This document shows positions 1 to 9,747 of a stretch of DNA of 51,605 nt, one piece after another. The notes beneath the pieces were generated by a model. It was not told where the DNA came from. It made no database searches and saw only the letters and a list, made by a program, of their open reading frames with translations. The stretch spans positions 1 to 51,605 of the IMG/VR virus record IMGVR_UViG_3300025120_010366; one strand, 5' to 3'. Each line of letters starts with the position of its first letter. The stretch's first letter is position 1. The position numbers were made by a program, and so were the translations under genes. The DNA is from a virus (taxonomy: Duplodnaviria > Caudoviricetes).

Positions 1-2305
1 ATGTAATATTTCTAATCACAGAAGCATCGTTCATTAAGAACACATCCATTTCTTTGTTGTTAATGGCTGTGTTGTATGCTGGATCGTTTGAAGGTACTGA
101 AGTGTTAATTGGTTTTGTTACATCATTTGCATAGTGATAACCATACTCTTGAGTACCAATAGTTAATCCATCGAAAGTTGTGTTTCTAAAGAAATATATA
201 TTTGCCCACGGGGATTGTGAAATTGCATCTAGTGGTCTGATAATTGTTCTTCTAAATTCATCTCCTTTGATTGATACGTTTGCAGGAACTTTAATAGGCA
301 TGTGTTCATTGTAAATTCCTGATTCAACTCTAATTGTAATTTGTTTATTTTTAACTTTGTTACCAAATTCCATTTCTTCACCAACTGAAAATAGAATTGG
401 TTCTCTTAAGAACATCACAACAGTGTCGTTTGATCCACCTGCTGTTACTGAAACTATTTCACCTTTTGCTCCAGAAGTTTTACCTATTATAATTTTACCT
501 GGAACTAAATCTTTGTTGGTTGGTTGGTTTTGATCTACATAACCTGTGTTACCGTTTGAAATTGTTAATGTGTAAGTGCTACCATCTACTGCTGTAACAA
601 TATAATTGTAATTTTGGATAATTCCTTTTATAATTTCAAATTTAGCATTGGCAGAATCTTTTCCTGATTGAGGAACTACTTTAGTGATATCAATTGTTTG
701 TGTAACATTAGATTGGTATAAAGTACCAGGTGCAGTGTTAGTTAAAACAAAGTTAACCACTAAACTTTGAGCAAATACAATTGCTCCTAATGTTTCAGTA
801 GATTGTTGATTGATTGCTTTTAATCCACTGTTGCTGGAGTAATATCTTTTTCCTGCTTGAATAGATTGTAAGTTTGCTGTTAAACCACTCAATACATCAA
901 TAACCACAGAATCTGCAATTAATCCTAAATCTCTTTCACACAATGCTGTATCATATGAAAAATTTGGATATGTGGCATTTACGTAAGCAATTGTTTCTTT
1001 AATAATAAACTGTCTGTTTGCCGCCATTAAAAATTCTAATTGCGTTTGTCCTGATGGTGAAGTTATACCTTGTGTTGCTACTACAGAATTTCCTGAACCA
1101 CTACCGTAAGTTATTATTTGCGTGTACGGTCCTGCTTCAAATGGAGATGTTTCAATAATTTGTTCTGCTCTTTGAGCCGCTTTAGAAAGAGTTTTGTAAG
1201 CATATGCCAATGATCTACCATATTTGTCAGCAGGTACTCCTGACATTGTGTCATCACCATCTTGGCTTACAAATAAATTTGTTGTAGAAGCATATGATGT
1301 TGTGTCAACATAAAATTTTGAAGCCGCTTGTAAATCGTCAGCACCATTTGGAGTTCCTGTTCCTGCTAAATCTCCTGGGTGATCATTCAAATAAAGAGCA
1401 CCAGTCATTGTGTCACCTTGACGTCTTACTGCTGATGTTCTTTGTATTGCTTCAGTTGAAAGATAATTTCCTGAAAGTGAACTGTTGTATGCTCCGTCAG
1501 TTATTGTTTGTGTGCCAGTACCACCTGATACTGTAATTTTAATTCTTGTAGCATCATTGTCATTGGTTGCTTCTGCAGATGATGTGTGTAAAGAAATTGT
1601 GTTAGCATCAATATATCTAATAAAATAATTTTGTCCACTTGTAACATTGTTGGCATCTGTTCCAGTTGAATTGTAAACAAAAGGTAAACCATTCGATGTT
1701 GTTGTGAATCCGTGTGTTGGAATATTTAAATTTCCACTTACATAGGCAGAAATTGTTTTTGTGTATTCAGTTGCATTGGCAGGCTCTGGACGAATTCTAA
1801 CTTCTCCAGCAACACCACCAACTCCTGAACTTCTAAGATATCTTCTATCTGCATAACCTTTATCGATAACTAAATCGTCTTCAGTGATACTTGTTCCATG
1901 TGTGCTGTTGAAATCATCTACTGCTGATTGACTGATGCCTACATTACCAATTGCATAAGCATTGGCATTTAATGGTCCACCAAAGTCTGGTGCAGTGTCT
2001 GTGCTGATATCAATTGAATTAACTGTAAGTAAAAGATTGTTAGGATCTGTAAAGTCCACAGAAATACCTGTACCAGATATTCCTTTCATTGTAATTGCCG
2101 TACCAGCCGCGTTTGTTACAGGAATTTTGTTTGCACCCAATTGATCAGGTGTATCAGACAATGAAGTGAAACCTATTTGTCCACCTTGTCCAAATACAGC
2201 ATATAACTCTGTAAAGTTTTCATTGGATTTATTGAACGCATCTCTGATACTATCACCAGTACCATCGTTCCCTTCTATTCCAATATTAATAAACTGTTTA
2301 GCCAT
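1..2305 (-). CDS. Large virion structural/baseplate protein (3' end runs off the window; absent from the ORF track)
   Basis: ATG at 2305 gives MAKQFINIGIEGNDGTGDSIRDAFNKSNENFTELY, a T4 gp9/gp10-like N-terminal motif. Later segments FVSQDGDD...GRSLAYAYKTL and SGIYNEHMPIKVPANVSIKGDEFRR are typical of marine T4-like virion proteins. Confidence 0.8.
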   Translation of the reverse strand, partial: MAKQFINIGIEGNDGTGDSIRDAFNKSNENFTELYAVFGQGGQIGFTSLSDTPDQLGANKIPVTNAAGTAITMKGISGTGISVDFTDPNNLLLTVNSIDISTDTAPDFGGPLNANAYAIGNVGISQSAVDDFNSTHGTSITEDDLVIDKGYADRRYLRSSGVGGVAGEVRIRPEPANATEYTKTISAYVSGNLNIPTHGFTTTSNGLPFVYNSTGTDANNVTSGQNYFIRYIDANTISLHTSSAEATNDNDATRIKITVSGGTGTQTITDGAYNSSLSGNYLSTEAIQRTSAVRRQGDTMTGALYLNDHPGDLAGTGTPNGADDLQAASKFYVDTTSYASTTNLFVSQDGDDTMSGVPADKYGRSLAYAYKTLSKAAQRAEQIIETSPFEAGPYTQIITYGSGSGNSVVATQGITSPSGQTQLEFLMAANRQFIIKETIAYVNATYPNFSYDTALCERDLGLIADSVVIDVLSGLTANLQSIQAGKRYYSSNSGLKAINQQSTETLGAIVFAQSLVVNFVLTNTAPGTLYQSNVTQTIDITKVVPQSGKDSANAKFEIIKGIIQNYNYIVTAVDGSTYTLTISNGNTGYVDQNQPTNKDLVPGKIIIGKTSGAKGEIVSVTAGGSNDTVVMFLREPILFSVGEEMEFGNKVKNKQITIRVESGIYNEHMPIKVPANVSIKGDEFRRTIIRPLDAISQSPWANIYFFRNTTFDGLTIGTQEYGYHYANDVTKPINTSVPSNDPAYNTAINNKEMDVFLMNDASVIRNIT

Positions 2306-2648
2306 TTACTCTGTCCATATCAAATTGAATGCTTTCTCCACAACCACAAGCACTCTTGGTGTTTGGATTGTTGATTTGAAACTGTGAACCAAATACTTCA
2401 TTAACGTAATCAATCTCAGTTCCAAACAAGAACATCACACTACTGGTATCTATCACTAATTTCCCACCATCAACTTCGATTAGTTCATCTCCTGATTCAA
2501 TTTGTGATTGATCAGCAAAACTCCAATCATAGGAAAAACCAGCACATCCACCGCCTTTAATACCCAATCTAACAGCATACTTGCTGTTTTTTTCGCACAG
2601 TGTCTTAATTTGCGTCTGTGCAGTGCTTGTCAGTGTTAAAATAGCCAT
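2298..2648 (-). CDS. iscA: HesB/IscA Fe-S cluster A-type carrier
   Basis: GGGCAGFSY and C-terminal CGCGESI motifs. Confidence 0.92.
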   Translation of the reverse strand: MAILTLTSTAQTQIKTLCEKNSKYAVRLGIKGGGCAGFSYDWSFADQSQIESGDELIEVDGGKLVIDTSSVMFLFGTEIDYVNEVFGSQFQINNPNTKSACGCGESIQFDMDRVNG

Positions 2649-2710
2649 AATGCAATGTTATCGTTTGTTGTATTTATGGAATTTTTACAAATGCTAATGT
2701 AAATACCTGT

Positions 2711-2998
2711 ATGTATTTAGGTGAAAAAATTGCAGTATCCAAGACAGAACGTGTGAGCAAACTAGGTGTGAAACACCAATGCAAACGCACTAAAACGTTT
2801 CATGTCTTTAAATGTGATGCGTGTGAGAAAGAATTTAAAAGAGCCAAAGGCAAAGTTGAAAAAAAGCGTCTATCTACTTTTTATAAACACGTGTGTTCTG
2901 AATGCGACCCAAAACGTTTTGCTCAACAACAAGGTGTAAAACAAAGACAGGTTTTGGGTATGAATGCATCCAGTGACATTCCTATCAGTAAATTGTGA
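2711..2998 (+). CDS. Zn-binding hypothetical phage protein
   Basis: CDAC and CSEC pairs; TAAATA 5 nt upstream of the ATG. Confidence 0.75.
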   Translation: MYLGEKIAVSKTERVSKLGVKHQCKRTKTFHVFKCDACEKEFKRAKGKVEKKRLSTFYKHVCSECDPKRFAQQQGVKQRQVLGMNASSDIPISKL

Positions 2999-3172
2999 TT
3001 ACTCTGATTTCCAAATAGTCCAACCACCATACACAATTGCCGCATAAGCAACAATCGAAGCGATCGGTTTGAATATTAAAAAACAAATTCCTGCCGCAAT
3101 TAAAAGAGCACCATCTAGTGTTGTTCTTTCTTTGATTCTGGCATTAATCCATTTTTGTACTTGATTGATCAT
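2999..3172 (-). CDS. Small membrane protein (57 aa, not in ORF track)
   Basis: MINQVQKWINARIKERTTLDGALLIAAGICFLIFKPIASIVAYAAIVYGGWTIWKSE; AGGAG Shine-Dalgarno (SD) upstream. Confidence 0.75.
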   Translation of the reverse strand: MINQVQKWINARIKERTTLDGALLIAAGICFLIFKPIASIVAYAAIVYGGWTIWKSE

Positions 3173-3188
3173 ATTAGTCTCCTTTTTT

Positions 3189-3743
3189 TTAAGATTGTAG
3201 TCTTAAATTTATTGACTCCCAATTAATTATTCTCATCATACCTTCAATGTATTTTTTCTTGGCATCTTTAGCAGGAACATAATCCGAAAATGAATGTTCC
3301 CACATATCTACAGGCATTAGAATGTCTGTTTTGTATGATTGATTTGGTGTAGTTTTGATATTACCATTTTTGGCAACATACACCCAGCCTGAACCTTGTA
3401 TGGTCATTGCTGATCTAATTAATTCTTTTTTGAATGCTTCAAATGATTCGTGTTTTGATTCTATTAAAGTTTTAATTTCACCAGTTGGTTTGTTACCTGG
3501 ACGAGGTGCTTGTAATTGTAACCAAAACATATTGTGAAGTTTCGCTCCACCGTAATTAAAATCTGCATCACCTTCACCATCATTGTATCTTCTCACATAT
3601 GCTTTGGTTAATACATTGTAATGATAATCTATATTTGCTTCAGATAATACAGGTGATAGTTCTTTCATTTTGAAAGGCAGTTTCACCACTTCTAGTTTTG
3701 ATTCTCTATTTTGTTTTGATTCAGTAAATTGTTCTAGTTTCAT
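3189..3743 (-). CDS. sod: Fe/Mn superoxide dismutase
   Basis: LSPVLSE..IDYHY, LHNMFW, QGSGW and DMWEHS motifs. Confidence 0.88.
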   Translation of the reverse strand: MKLEQFTESKQNRESKLEVVKLPFKMKELSPVLSEANIDYHYNVLTKAYVRRYNDGEGDADFNYGGAKLHNMFWLQLQAPRPGNKPTGEIKTLIESKHESFEAFKKELIRSAMTIQGSGWVYVAKNGNIKTTPNQSYKTDILMPVDMWEHSFSDYVPAKDAKKKYIEGMMRIINWESINLRLQS

Positions 3744-3757
3744 AACGATATTTATCG

Positions 3758-4804
3758 TTATACTAAACCCAACTCAACAGCCTGATTGTGTAAATCTTCC
3801 GCCGCTTGATTCTTCATCTTGGCTTCAACTTGTATGTCTAGTTGCGGTAGAAAACTCAATGCCCATTCATTCACAGCACGATTTGGTAATCGTTCGCTGT
3901 GTGCTCTCAATTTTTGTTTCTTACAACCTTTAGATAAAAGTGTTTCCATGTCATGAAAGCCAGTGTGCATAGTATCTACATCACTGTATGCAGGTGTCAA
4001 CCATTCATCTCTTGAATAAGAATAGTGCATGGTAGGTCTAACACCACGCCATGAGTCCACAACTCTTTTCACTCTGTCGTCTGTGGCTTGTAGATATTCT
4101 CCTGTACGCACCCAATGATGATGTATGTCTAGTACCAAGGCACAATGTTTTTCTAGTTCCAAACTGGATTCTAATCCCCAACCCATTTCGTCATTCTCTA
4201 TGGTGATCAAGTTTCTTGCTTCAGGCGACAGTCTAGGTAATGCTTTTATAATACCTGGAGGACCTTGTCTACCAGAGATGTGTACATTAATTTTACAACC
4301 ATCTTGAAATGATTTACCAAATCCCATCCAACGTGCCATGTTCACATGATATTCAAATTCATCTATGCTACGATCCACAATGTCTGGAGTCTCAGATGCA
4401 AGTACAGTAAATTGTCCTGGGTGGAAACTGATCTTTACATCATGCAATCTTGCCAAGTCGCCTGCTTCAGCAAAATGTTTTTCACAATATTTTATTATCT
4501 CGGGTTTGTCCCAATAGTATCTCCAATCAGCCTGCGTTGCTACAGGTAATATGGGAGATGAAATTCTACACATACGTCTGCTTTTAGGCAGTGTGGAAAC
4601 TTTAAGGATTAAATTTTTAATACCTTGTATGTTGTGTTTGAATACAAAATCTAGTTTTGCTTCTGCTTCGTCTTTGTGTTCATTTAACCAACGCACAGTA
4701 GTTGAACGTGTGTTCATTGGTCTTTCAATTTCTTCTAATTGTTTCTTTTTAAGAGTTCTATCATGGTGGAACCATTGACAGCAAAATCCAATACGTCTAG
4801 TCAT
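3758..4804 (-). CDS. uvsE: UV damage endonuclease UvsE/UvdE
   Basis: SFHPGQFTVL, IENDE, LDIHHHW, HYS, AHS and VEAKMK motifs. Confidence 0.9.
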   Translation of the reverse strand: MTRRIGFCCQWFHHDRTLKKKQLEEIERPMNTRSTTVRWLNEHKDEAEAKLDFVFKHNIQGIKNLILKVSTLPKSRRMCRISSPILPVATQADWRYYWDKPEIIKYCEKHFAEAGDLARLHDVKISFHPGQFTVLASETPDIVDRSIDEFEYHVNMARWMGFGKSFQDGCKINVHISGRQGPPGIIKALPRLSPEARNLITIENDEMGWGLESSLELEKHCALVLDIHHHWVRTGEYLQATDDRVKRVVDSWRGVRPTMHYSYSRDEWLTPAYSDVDTMHTGFHDMETLLSKGCKKQKLRAHSERLPNRAVNEWALSFLPQLDIQVEAKMKNQAAEDLHNQAVELGLV

Positions 4805-4809
4805 GCTCT

Positions 4810-4838
4810 ATTATAACACAAATTTTGGTATGTGTCAA
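4810..4838 (-). promoter_or_regulatory. Sigma70-type promoter of uvsE (leaderless geometry)
   Basis: TTGACA-17 nt-TATAAT, then 5 nt to the ATG. Confidence 0.8.
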
Positions 4839-4840
4839 AC

Positions 4841-5416
4841 TTAAACATACATTGTATTGAAGGAAATAGTTATTCTTTTATCTGTTTGATTAGGATTGGT
4901 ATAATGTTCTAACCAACTAGGAAATAGATATAATGTGCCTTGTTCACAAGCCACTTCAACATTTTTAACATTGTACTCTGTGTTCTTAACAAAATACTCG
5001 TGCATTCTATAAGGATCAATTGGACTTTTAAAATTTAGTCCTGCACTGTCTTTATCTGCTTTTACATAATATGCCGCACTCAACACACTGACTTCGTGTC
5101 TGTGTAAATTTACACTTTGACCTTTTTCTAGAACATTAAACCAACTCATGCTAATTTTTACGTTGTTGCCAAGTCCTACTTTGTCACAGTAAATATCAAC
5201 TGCTTTTTGCAAATCTGCTTTCAAGTCTTTTAAATCTTCATGATCAAGAATGTGTTTGTCGCTTTTCATGTAACTGCTTTGAGCACCAGATACCAATGCG
5301 TGTGATCCTGTGTCCCAAGATTCAATCAGTTCTAAAAGTTTTGTGTTGTCTTTGTGATTGGCAAAGTCAAATTTTAACACAGGTGTTGCGAACATATTTG
5401 CTATATTGTAATTCAT
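4841..5416 (-). CDS. 2OG-Fe(II) oxygenase (TIGR02466-like)
   Basis: WFN...HRH...LSAAYY...LFPSWLEH...RITISFN; start placed at the ATGA overlap at 5416. Confidence 0.85.
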   Translation of the reverse strand: MNYNIANMFATPVLKFDFANHKDNTKLLELIESWDTGSHALVSGAQSSYMKSDKHILDHEDLKDLKADLQKAVDIYCDKVGLGNNVKISMSWFNVLEKGQSVNLHRHEVSVLSAAYYVKADKDSAGLNFKSPIDPYRMHEYFVKNTEYNVKNVEVACEQGTLYLFPSWLEHYTNPNQTDKRITISFNTMYV

Positions 5417-6126
5417 TTCCAATTCTCCTTGCACCATGGATCCTGGCAATTTTTAGGTTGTGGGTCTCCGTGAAACACAGCAACAGATGTTTGTGGGTGT
5501 ATATTTGGTATGCCTGGAGATATAAAATCTTTTGTCCCGTCTTTTTTTCTTACCATAGGTGGTTTTCCTCGCATCTCCCATTTGTAACTCATTACCCACT
5601 CGTCGGGCCAAAAATTAAAATCATTTTTCACTTGAGCATACAACCAATCTTGATCTCCATGAAATCTACGCACAGGTGCGGCAGGGTTACTAATAAAATC
5701 TCTATAAATTTGAGGATGTTGACCAATATTCCATCTGACCACACTGCTGTTAAATCTATCCCATTTAGGATTATTACATCTGTTGAAGTCTCTAATCACA
5801 CAAAATTCGTTAGGCTTGTAGGTCAACAGTTTGTCTATGCTTCTAAAAACAATCACATCAAGATCAATGTACAAAATTGTGCCTTGTGGATCTTCTAAAG
5901 GTAAACTGGGATTGAACAACAAAGGTTTATGCCACCAACCATTTACACCATAACTTTGTGCAATAGGCATCACCTTAACTGTGCTGTTTAGTCCTTGTGG
6001 ATTTTCTGTGAAGCAAACAAATTCAAATGGTAAAGTACAATACCTTCGTACCATTTGTTCCAGTGTATTAACATACTCCGGACCATATTTGTTACCCCAT
6101 TTTAAACAAACAATGTAATTGATCAT
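5413..6126 (-). CDS. Glycosyltransferase (GT-A fold)
   Basis: CLKWGNKY, DxD motif (YIDLD), NSSV, GDQDW, VFHGDP. Confidence 0.75.
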   Translation of the reverse strand: MINYIVCLKWGNKYGPEYVNTLEQMVRRYCTLPFEFVCFTENPQGLNSTVKVMPIAQSYGVNGWWHKPLLFNPSLPLEDPQGTILYIDLDVIVFRSIDKLLTYKPNEFCVIRDFNRCNNPKWDRFNSSVVRWNIGQHPQIYRDFISNPAAPVRRFHGDQDWLYAQVKNDFNFWPDEWVMSYKWEMRGKPPMVRKKDGTKDFISPGIPNIHPQTSVAVFHGDPQPKNCQDPWCKENWK

Positions 6127-6575
6127 TAGCCTTCGTAGATTGCACTGTTGGCTCCATGCTCAGCACATTCAACTTTCACTACATAACAACGATTGTCTGT
6201 TGCTTCACGTATAAGTTTGTCTGCAAAGTTAAAGGCGTGTTCGGCAAATTTTTCTGCACCAACACCATCGAACATTCTAATGTCTGCCAAGTCCAGTGCT
6301 TCAAGTTCTTTAAATTTTTCCAAATGTGGATCATTAACATCTAAACAAAGTTTGTGATCAAATGAATCTGTCAGCCATGCCTTAAGAGGTTTCAATCCTC
6401 CAAAGTCCACTGCCCAGTTTTTGTTGTCTAATTTATCACAACCAAATGTAAATGTAAATGCTAGACTGTATCCATGCAAAAAATGACAATGCGAATGATC
6501 TGCGTTAGGTTGTCTGAACACTGCTGATAAACCAATGTTGTGTCCATAATGTTTTGTACTATAATGTTTGCTCAT
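6126..6575 (-). CDS. queD: 6-carboxytetrahydropterin synthase QueD (PTPS family)
   Basis: CHFLHGYS, VDFGGLK, FDHK, GAEKFA motifs; AGGAG SD. Confidence 0.88.
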   Translation of the reverse strand: MSKHYSTKHYGHNIGLSAVFRQPNADHSHCHFLHGYSLAFTFTFGCDKLDNKNWAVDFGGLKPLKAWLTDSFDHKLCLDVNDPHLEKFKELEALDLADIRMFDGVGAEKFAEHAFNFADKLIREATDNRCYVVKVECAEHGANSAIYEG

Positions 6576-6637
6576 ATTTTTCTCCTGTTATAACGGCGGA
6601 GTATTTAAAGAGGGTCGACGTTTTTAAAGTCCTCATT
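6576..6637 (-). ncRNA. Structured 5' leader of queD, candidate preQ1-I-like riboswitch
   Basis: UGAGG-loop-ACCCUCU-UUAAAUAC-UCCGCCG lies between a consensus promoter and the SD; resembles the class I preQ1 aptamer layout. Confidence 0.4.
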
Positions 6638-6639
6638 GT

Positions 6640-7233
6640 TTAAATTATAATGTTTTTTTCCAAGTCTGTCAATGGAATAATTTTTAAATTTGGTATATTT
6701 TTCCAACTTTCTGGTAATGGAAAATTTTCCTCCACATAGTAATTAAATTTTTGTTTGGGATAATGTTCAAATATTTTCTTATTTTGATATATCCAATACG
6801 ATGGATCCACTTGTTGTTTTGAACTGACATCATAGGATTTGGTATTTTTGTAGACATTGTTCACATATCCTTCTATACCAAACAGATCAAAGCCTACAAT
6901 ATGAATATGTTCTGTGACAGCATACTGTAAAGCAACCAACAAAGCAAACTGCCCCGTTCCCCAATGCCAAGGATCATCTTGTCTCAGTTCACCATTATAA
7001 GGCAAATCAGGCACAGGCATCACATCAAAATCTTCATACCAGTCCTGTCTAGTGTACACACAACTCTGTTGAGTGTTTACGTGATTGATGGCTTCACGAA
7101 CCATACGTCTATCACAGCACACCAAATGATCTACTTTTACATCTCTAAATACTGCGTTGCAACCAACTGTGGGTAAGTTGAATGATTCTATATCAAGTTC
7201 TGTTCGACTCTCGCCATTTCCTATTACTAACAT
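6640..7233 (-). CDS. Hypothetical protein, Rossmann-like (sugar-transferase-like)
   Basis: N-terminal VIGNGESR, GCNA, VGFD motifs. Confidence 0.65.
   Translation of the reverse strand: MLVIGNGESRTELDIESFNLPTVGCNAVFRDVKVDHLVCCDRRMVREAINHVNTQQSCVYTRQDWYEDFDVMPVPDLPYNGELRQDDPWHWGTGQFALLVALQYAVTEHIHIVGFDLFGIEGYVNNVYKNTKSYDVSSKQQVDPSYWIYQNKKIFEHYPKQKFNYYVEENFPLPESWKNIPNLKIIPLTDLEKNIII
6644..6672 (-). promoter_or_regulatory. Sigma70-type promoter of queD
   Basis: Exact TTGACA-17 nt-TATAAT. Confidence 0.85.
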
Positions 7234-7249
7234 ATTAAATACTTTTATA

Positions 7250-7687
7250 ATGAACAGTTCTATTTACACAGATGTGGTCGAGTGGATGGCTAAAATTGTA
7301 AAACCACAAAAAAGTCTTAATGGAGTTTCAATCTGTCCTTATGCCAAAAATGCATCATGGTCCATTGTTGAGTGTGAAAAAATGCTCATTGATGTTGACA
7401 AATGTCATCAAGAAGTCACTATATTTGTGTTTCCAAAAAAAATTAGTAAGTCAGGTTTAGAAACTTATGCATTAAAGTTGAAAAAACAATATCCTGAATT
7501 TGTGTTTTTGCCAGATCATAGACAAGCCAAAACTAAAATAAAAAACATATTAACAGGTAATGGCAAGCACAATTTATTACTAGTGCAACAAAGAAAAAAA
7601 TTAAATGGTGCTAGGAAAAATCTTGCCAAAGGCAGTTACTACAACAACATGACTGTGGAATACAAAAATAAATTGTTTGATTATTAA
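7250..7687 (+). CDS. Hypothetical protein (CPYA motif)
   Basis: ATG 7250 after TAAATA; ICPYA...PDH...LLLVQ. Confidence 0.7.
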   Translation: MNSSIYTDVVEWMAKIVKPQKSLNGVSICPYAKNASWSIVECEKMLIDVDKCHQEVTIFVFPKKISKSGLETYALKLKKQYPEFVFLPDHRQAKTKIKNILTGNGKHNLLLVQQRKKLNGARKNLAKGSYYNNMTVEYKNKLFDY

Positions 7688-8007
7688 CGTTTATTTCTTT
7701 TTTTAATTTTGATTGTATCTTTTTTGATATTTTTAAGTTCCACCAACACTTCAGCAAATCTTTTGTTCGCACTGTTCAACAATCTAAATATGTCTTTGAC
7801 TGCATAAATTACCCACCACCACCATGTGAATGCTGTAATGGCAAATAACAATGCTATTGCAGATACAAGATAACTGATCCAAGATGTAAAATCAAATGCC
7901 AGTATGATACAAAGAATCATCAAGGCAGTCAATGGTGCAACTCTTCCGAGCCATTCCCATATGCCTACTGATCTTTTTATTGTGAAATATTTCCGAAAGA
8001 TTTCCAT
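7684..8007 (-). CDS. Two-TM membrane protein
   Basis: Two hydrophobic segments, WWWW, basic coiled tail. Confidence 0.7.
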   Translation of the reverse strand: MEIFRKYFTIKRSVGIWEWLGRVAPLTALMILCIILAFDFTSWISYLVSAIALLFAITAFTWWWWVIYAVKDIFRLLNSANKRFAEVLVELKNIKKDTIKIKKRNKR

Positions 8008-8858
8008 TCGCCTGGAGTGCCAGTGTTAACACATATCCAGCCAACTACACTACCTGGTACAGGATTAGAATTCCAAACAATGTCACCTTTAGCATGAACA
8101 CCAACTGTTGGTATGTCATCTGCAACACTGAAACGTTTTCCTTCCATTCTTACTGGACCGGCTACTTCAAAGTCTGCATCATCTCTTATGTTGTTGATGC
8201 CTACTGCAAGTTTTCCGTGTATCTTGACTTTTTTATCTGTTCCACCTTGTGTACCGATAGTAACATCACCGTTTGCTTTTACAAGTATTCTGTCTGTACT
8301 ATCTGTTTGAATTCTTAAATCGTGTGTTGTGTATGTTCCAACTTCAGCATCTACTTCATTAGGTTGAACTCTAAATTCAACATAGTTAGAAGCAACAGAT
8401 AATTGTCCATTACCTGCTTCAATACCAACACCTAATCTGTTCATTCCTGAATTCCAGAACACAAACTGATCAAGGTTCATATCACCATTTACTGCTAATC
8501 CGTTTAATACACCAACTGATCTTAAATTTGAATTTTTAACTGTTGGTCCTAATTCTTCTGATGAAAGAACAACTGTGTTATCAATTGAGTAATGTGCATC
8601 TCTGTGTAAGTCTAAAGTGTTTGAACTCCATAATCTATCTGGGTTTGCTTGGAAGTTCAACATCTTTGTGTTGCCAAATCCGCTCCATTGTAAACCTTTG
8701 CCATAGATTGGCGTTTTTTCTGAACCAGCAAAATTTACTGATTTGCTAGAATTTACAACTGTTTCGTCAGCAGATGCGTGTACACTTAGGCTTTCTATTG
8801 CATCGCCCAATGTAACTAATCCGTTTTTAATTGAAATTATGTCGTCTCTAATGCTCAT
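7977..8858 (-). CDS. Virion structural (fibre-like) protein
   Basis: Gly/Val-rich beta repeats; C-terminal GDIVWNSNP..GWIC..G.W..FG; TAAATA late-type promoter. Confidence 0.65.
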   Translation of the reverse strand: MSIRDDIISIKNGLVTLGDAIESLSVHASADETVVNSSKSVNFAGSEKTPIYGKGLQWSGFGNTKMLNFQANPDRLWSSNTLDLHRDAHYSIDNTVVLSSEELGPTVKNSNLRSVGVLNGLAVNGDMNLDQFVFWNSGMNRLGVGIEAGNGQLSVASNYVEFRVQPNEVDAEVGTYTTHDLRIQTDSTDRILVKANGDVTIGTQGGTDKKVKIHGKLAVGINNIRDDADFEVAGPVRMEGKRFSVADDIPTVGVHAKGDIVWNSNPVPGSVVGWICVNTGTPGEWKSFGNISQ

Positions 8859-8868
8859 ACACAGTTAT

Positions 8869-9714
8869 TTATCTAACTGCTCTTAACAAAATGACTTCAG
8901 AATTAACACGTCCATTCAGTTTAATACCCATTGTTTTAATAGCGTCAAATAGCTCTACTACCTTCTTGGGGCCTGAATCAGCAAACTCTTTCAACTGCTG
9001 TTCGGGTTTTCTGAGTGTTTTTTGAACACTGTGTTCTTCATCAAAGCCTTTTATGGATGTTCCTTTAACTGTTAAGCCTGTTCCTGGTCGGCTCAATCCT
9101 CTTGGGTCCAACACCTTTGCTTTGTAATGCCCTAGTTTTCTAGTCTTGGTATTGTATACCCAAAGTTGTTCAGCATATATAATTTCTGTTGCATCAATTG
9201 ATTTGAGCGATAATTTTTCTTCTTCTGCTTTGAACTGCATTTTAGATACTAATTTCTCAGGTGATTTCTCTTTTTTCTTTCTTGGCTTGCGATTAGCATT
9301 GGCAATTGCTATCATTCTATCACAGGCTTCAAAAATATTATCGTATGCTTTGATTCCTTTTTGGATTATGTCATTATCAACATCTTCATATGATTCCAAC
9401 AGTTGTCTTTCCTCAGAATCGTTGTCTTCTTCATCTGTTATTTCTTTAAACTTTAAATTTTTTTCTCTTAATAATAACAAGTCTTTGTATTCTTGATATT
9501 GAGGTTCGTACATTTCCATGATCTTTCTTGCGTGTACACCGCCCACTTGTTCTTTCTTGAACACATCTATTAATTTAAATTTATCAGGGTTAAATTTATC
9601 AGGTTGAATCACATATCTATCCAACCAAACTTCAATTGGTTCCAATATTTCATGAACCCTTTTTTGAATTCGTTCCTGAATTGTAGGTTTTTTTATCTCT
9701 TGAATTTCACTCAT
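8869..9714 (-). CDS. Conserved T4-like phage hypothetical protein
   Basis: LWVYNTKTRKLG, VKGTSI.GFD, KTLRKP, LNGRVN pattern. Confidence 0.7.
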   Translation of the reverse strand: MSEIQEIKKPTIQERIQKRVHEILEPIEVWLDRYVIQPDKFNPDKFKLIDVFKKEQVGGVHARKIMEMYEPQYQEYKDLLLLREKNLKFKEITDEEDNDSEERQLLESYEDVDNDIIQKGIKAYDNIFEACDRMIAIANANRKPRKKKEKSPEKLVSKMQFKAEEEKLSLKSIDATEIIYAEQLWVYNTKTRKLGHYKAKVLDPRGLSRPGTGLTVKGTSIKGFDEEHSVQKTLRKPEQQLKEFADSGPKKVVELFDAIKTMGIKLNGRVNSEVILLRAVR

Positions 9715-9747
9715 ACTATAACCTTATATAGTCTCTTCAGAGAAAAA

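Noticed and set aside
1294-2387. Short ORF-track calls in the first 2.4 kb
   Set aside because: Antisense or out-of-frame shadows of the long minus-strand virion gene starting at 2305; most other plus-strand ORFs overlapping minus-strand genes were dropped for the same reason
2859-2886. In-frame A AAA AAG in the plus-strand Zn-binding gene
   Set aside because: The -1 frame stops after about six codons and would remove the second Cys pair; no orphan frame to explain
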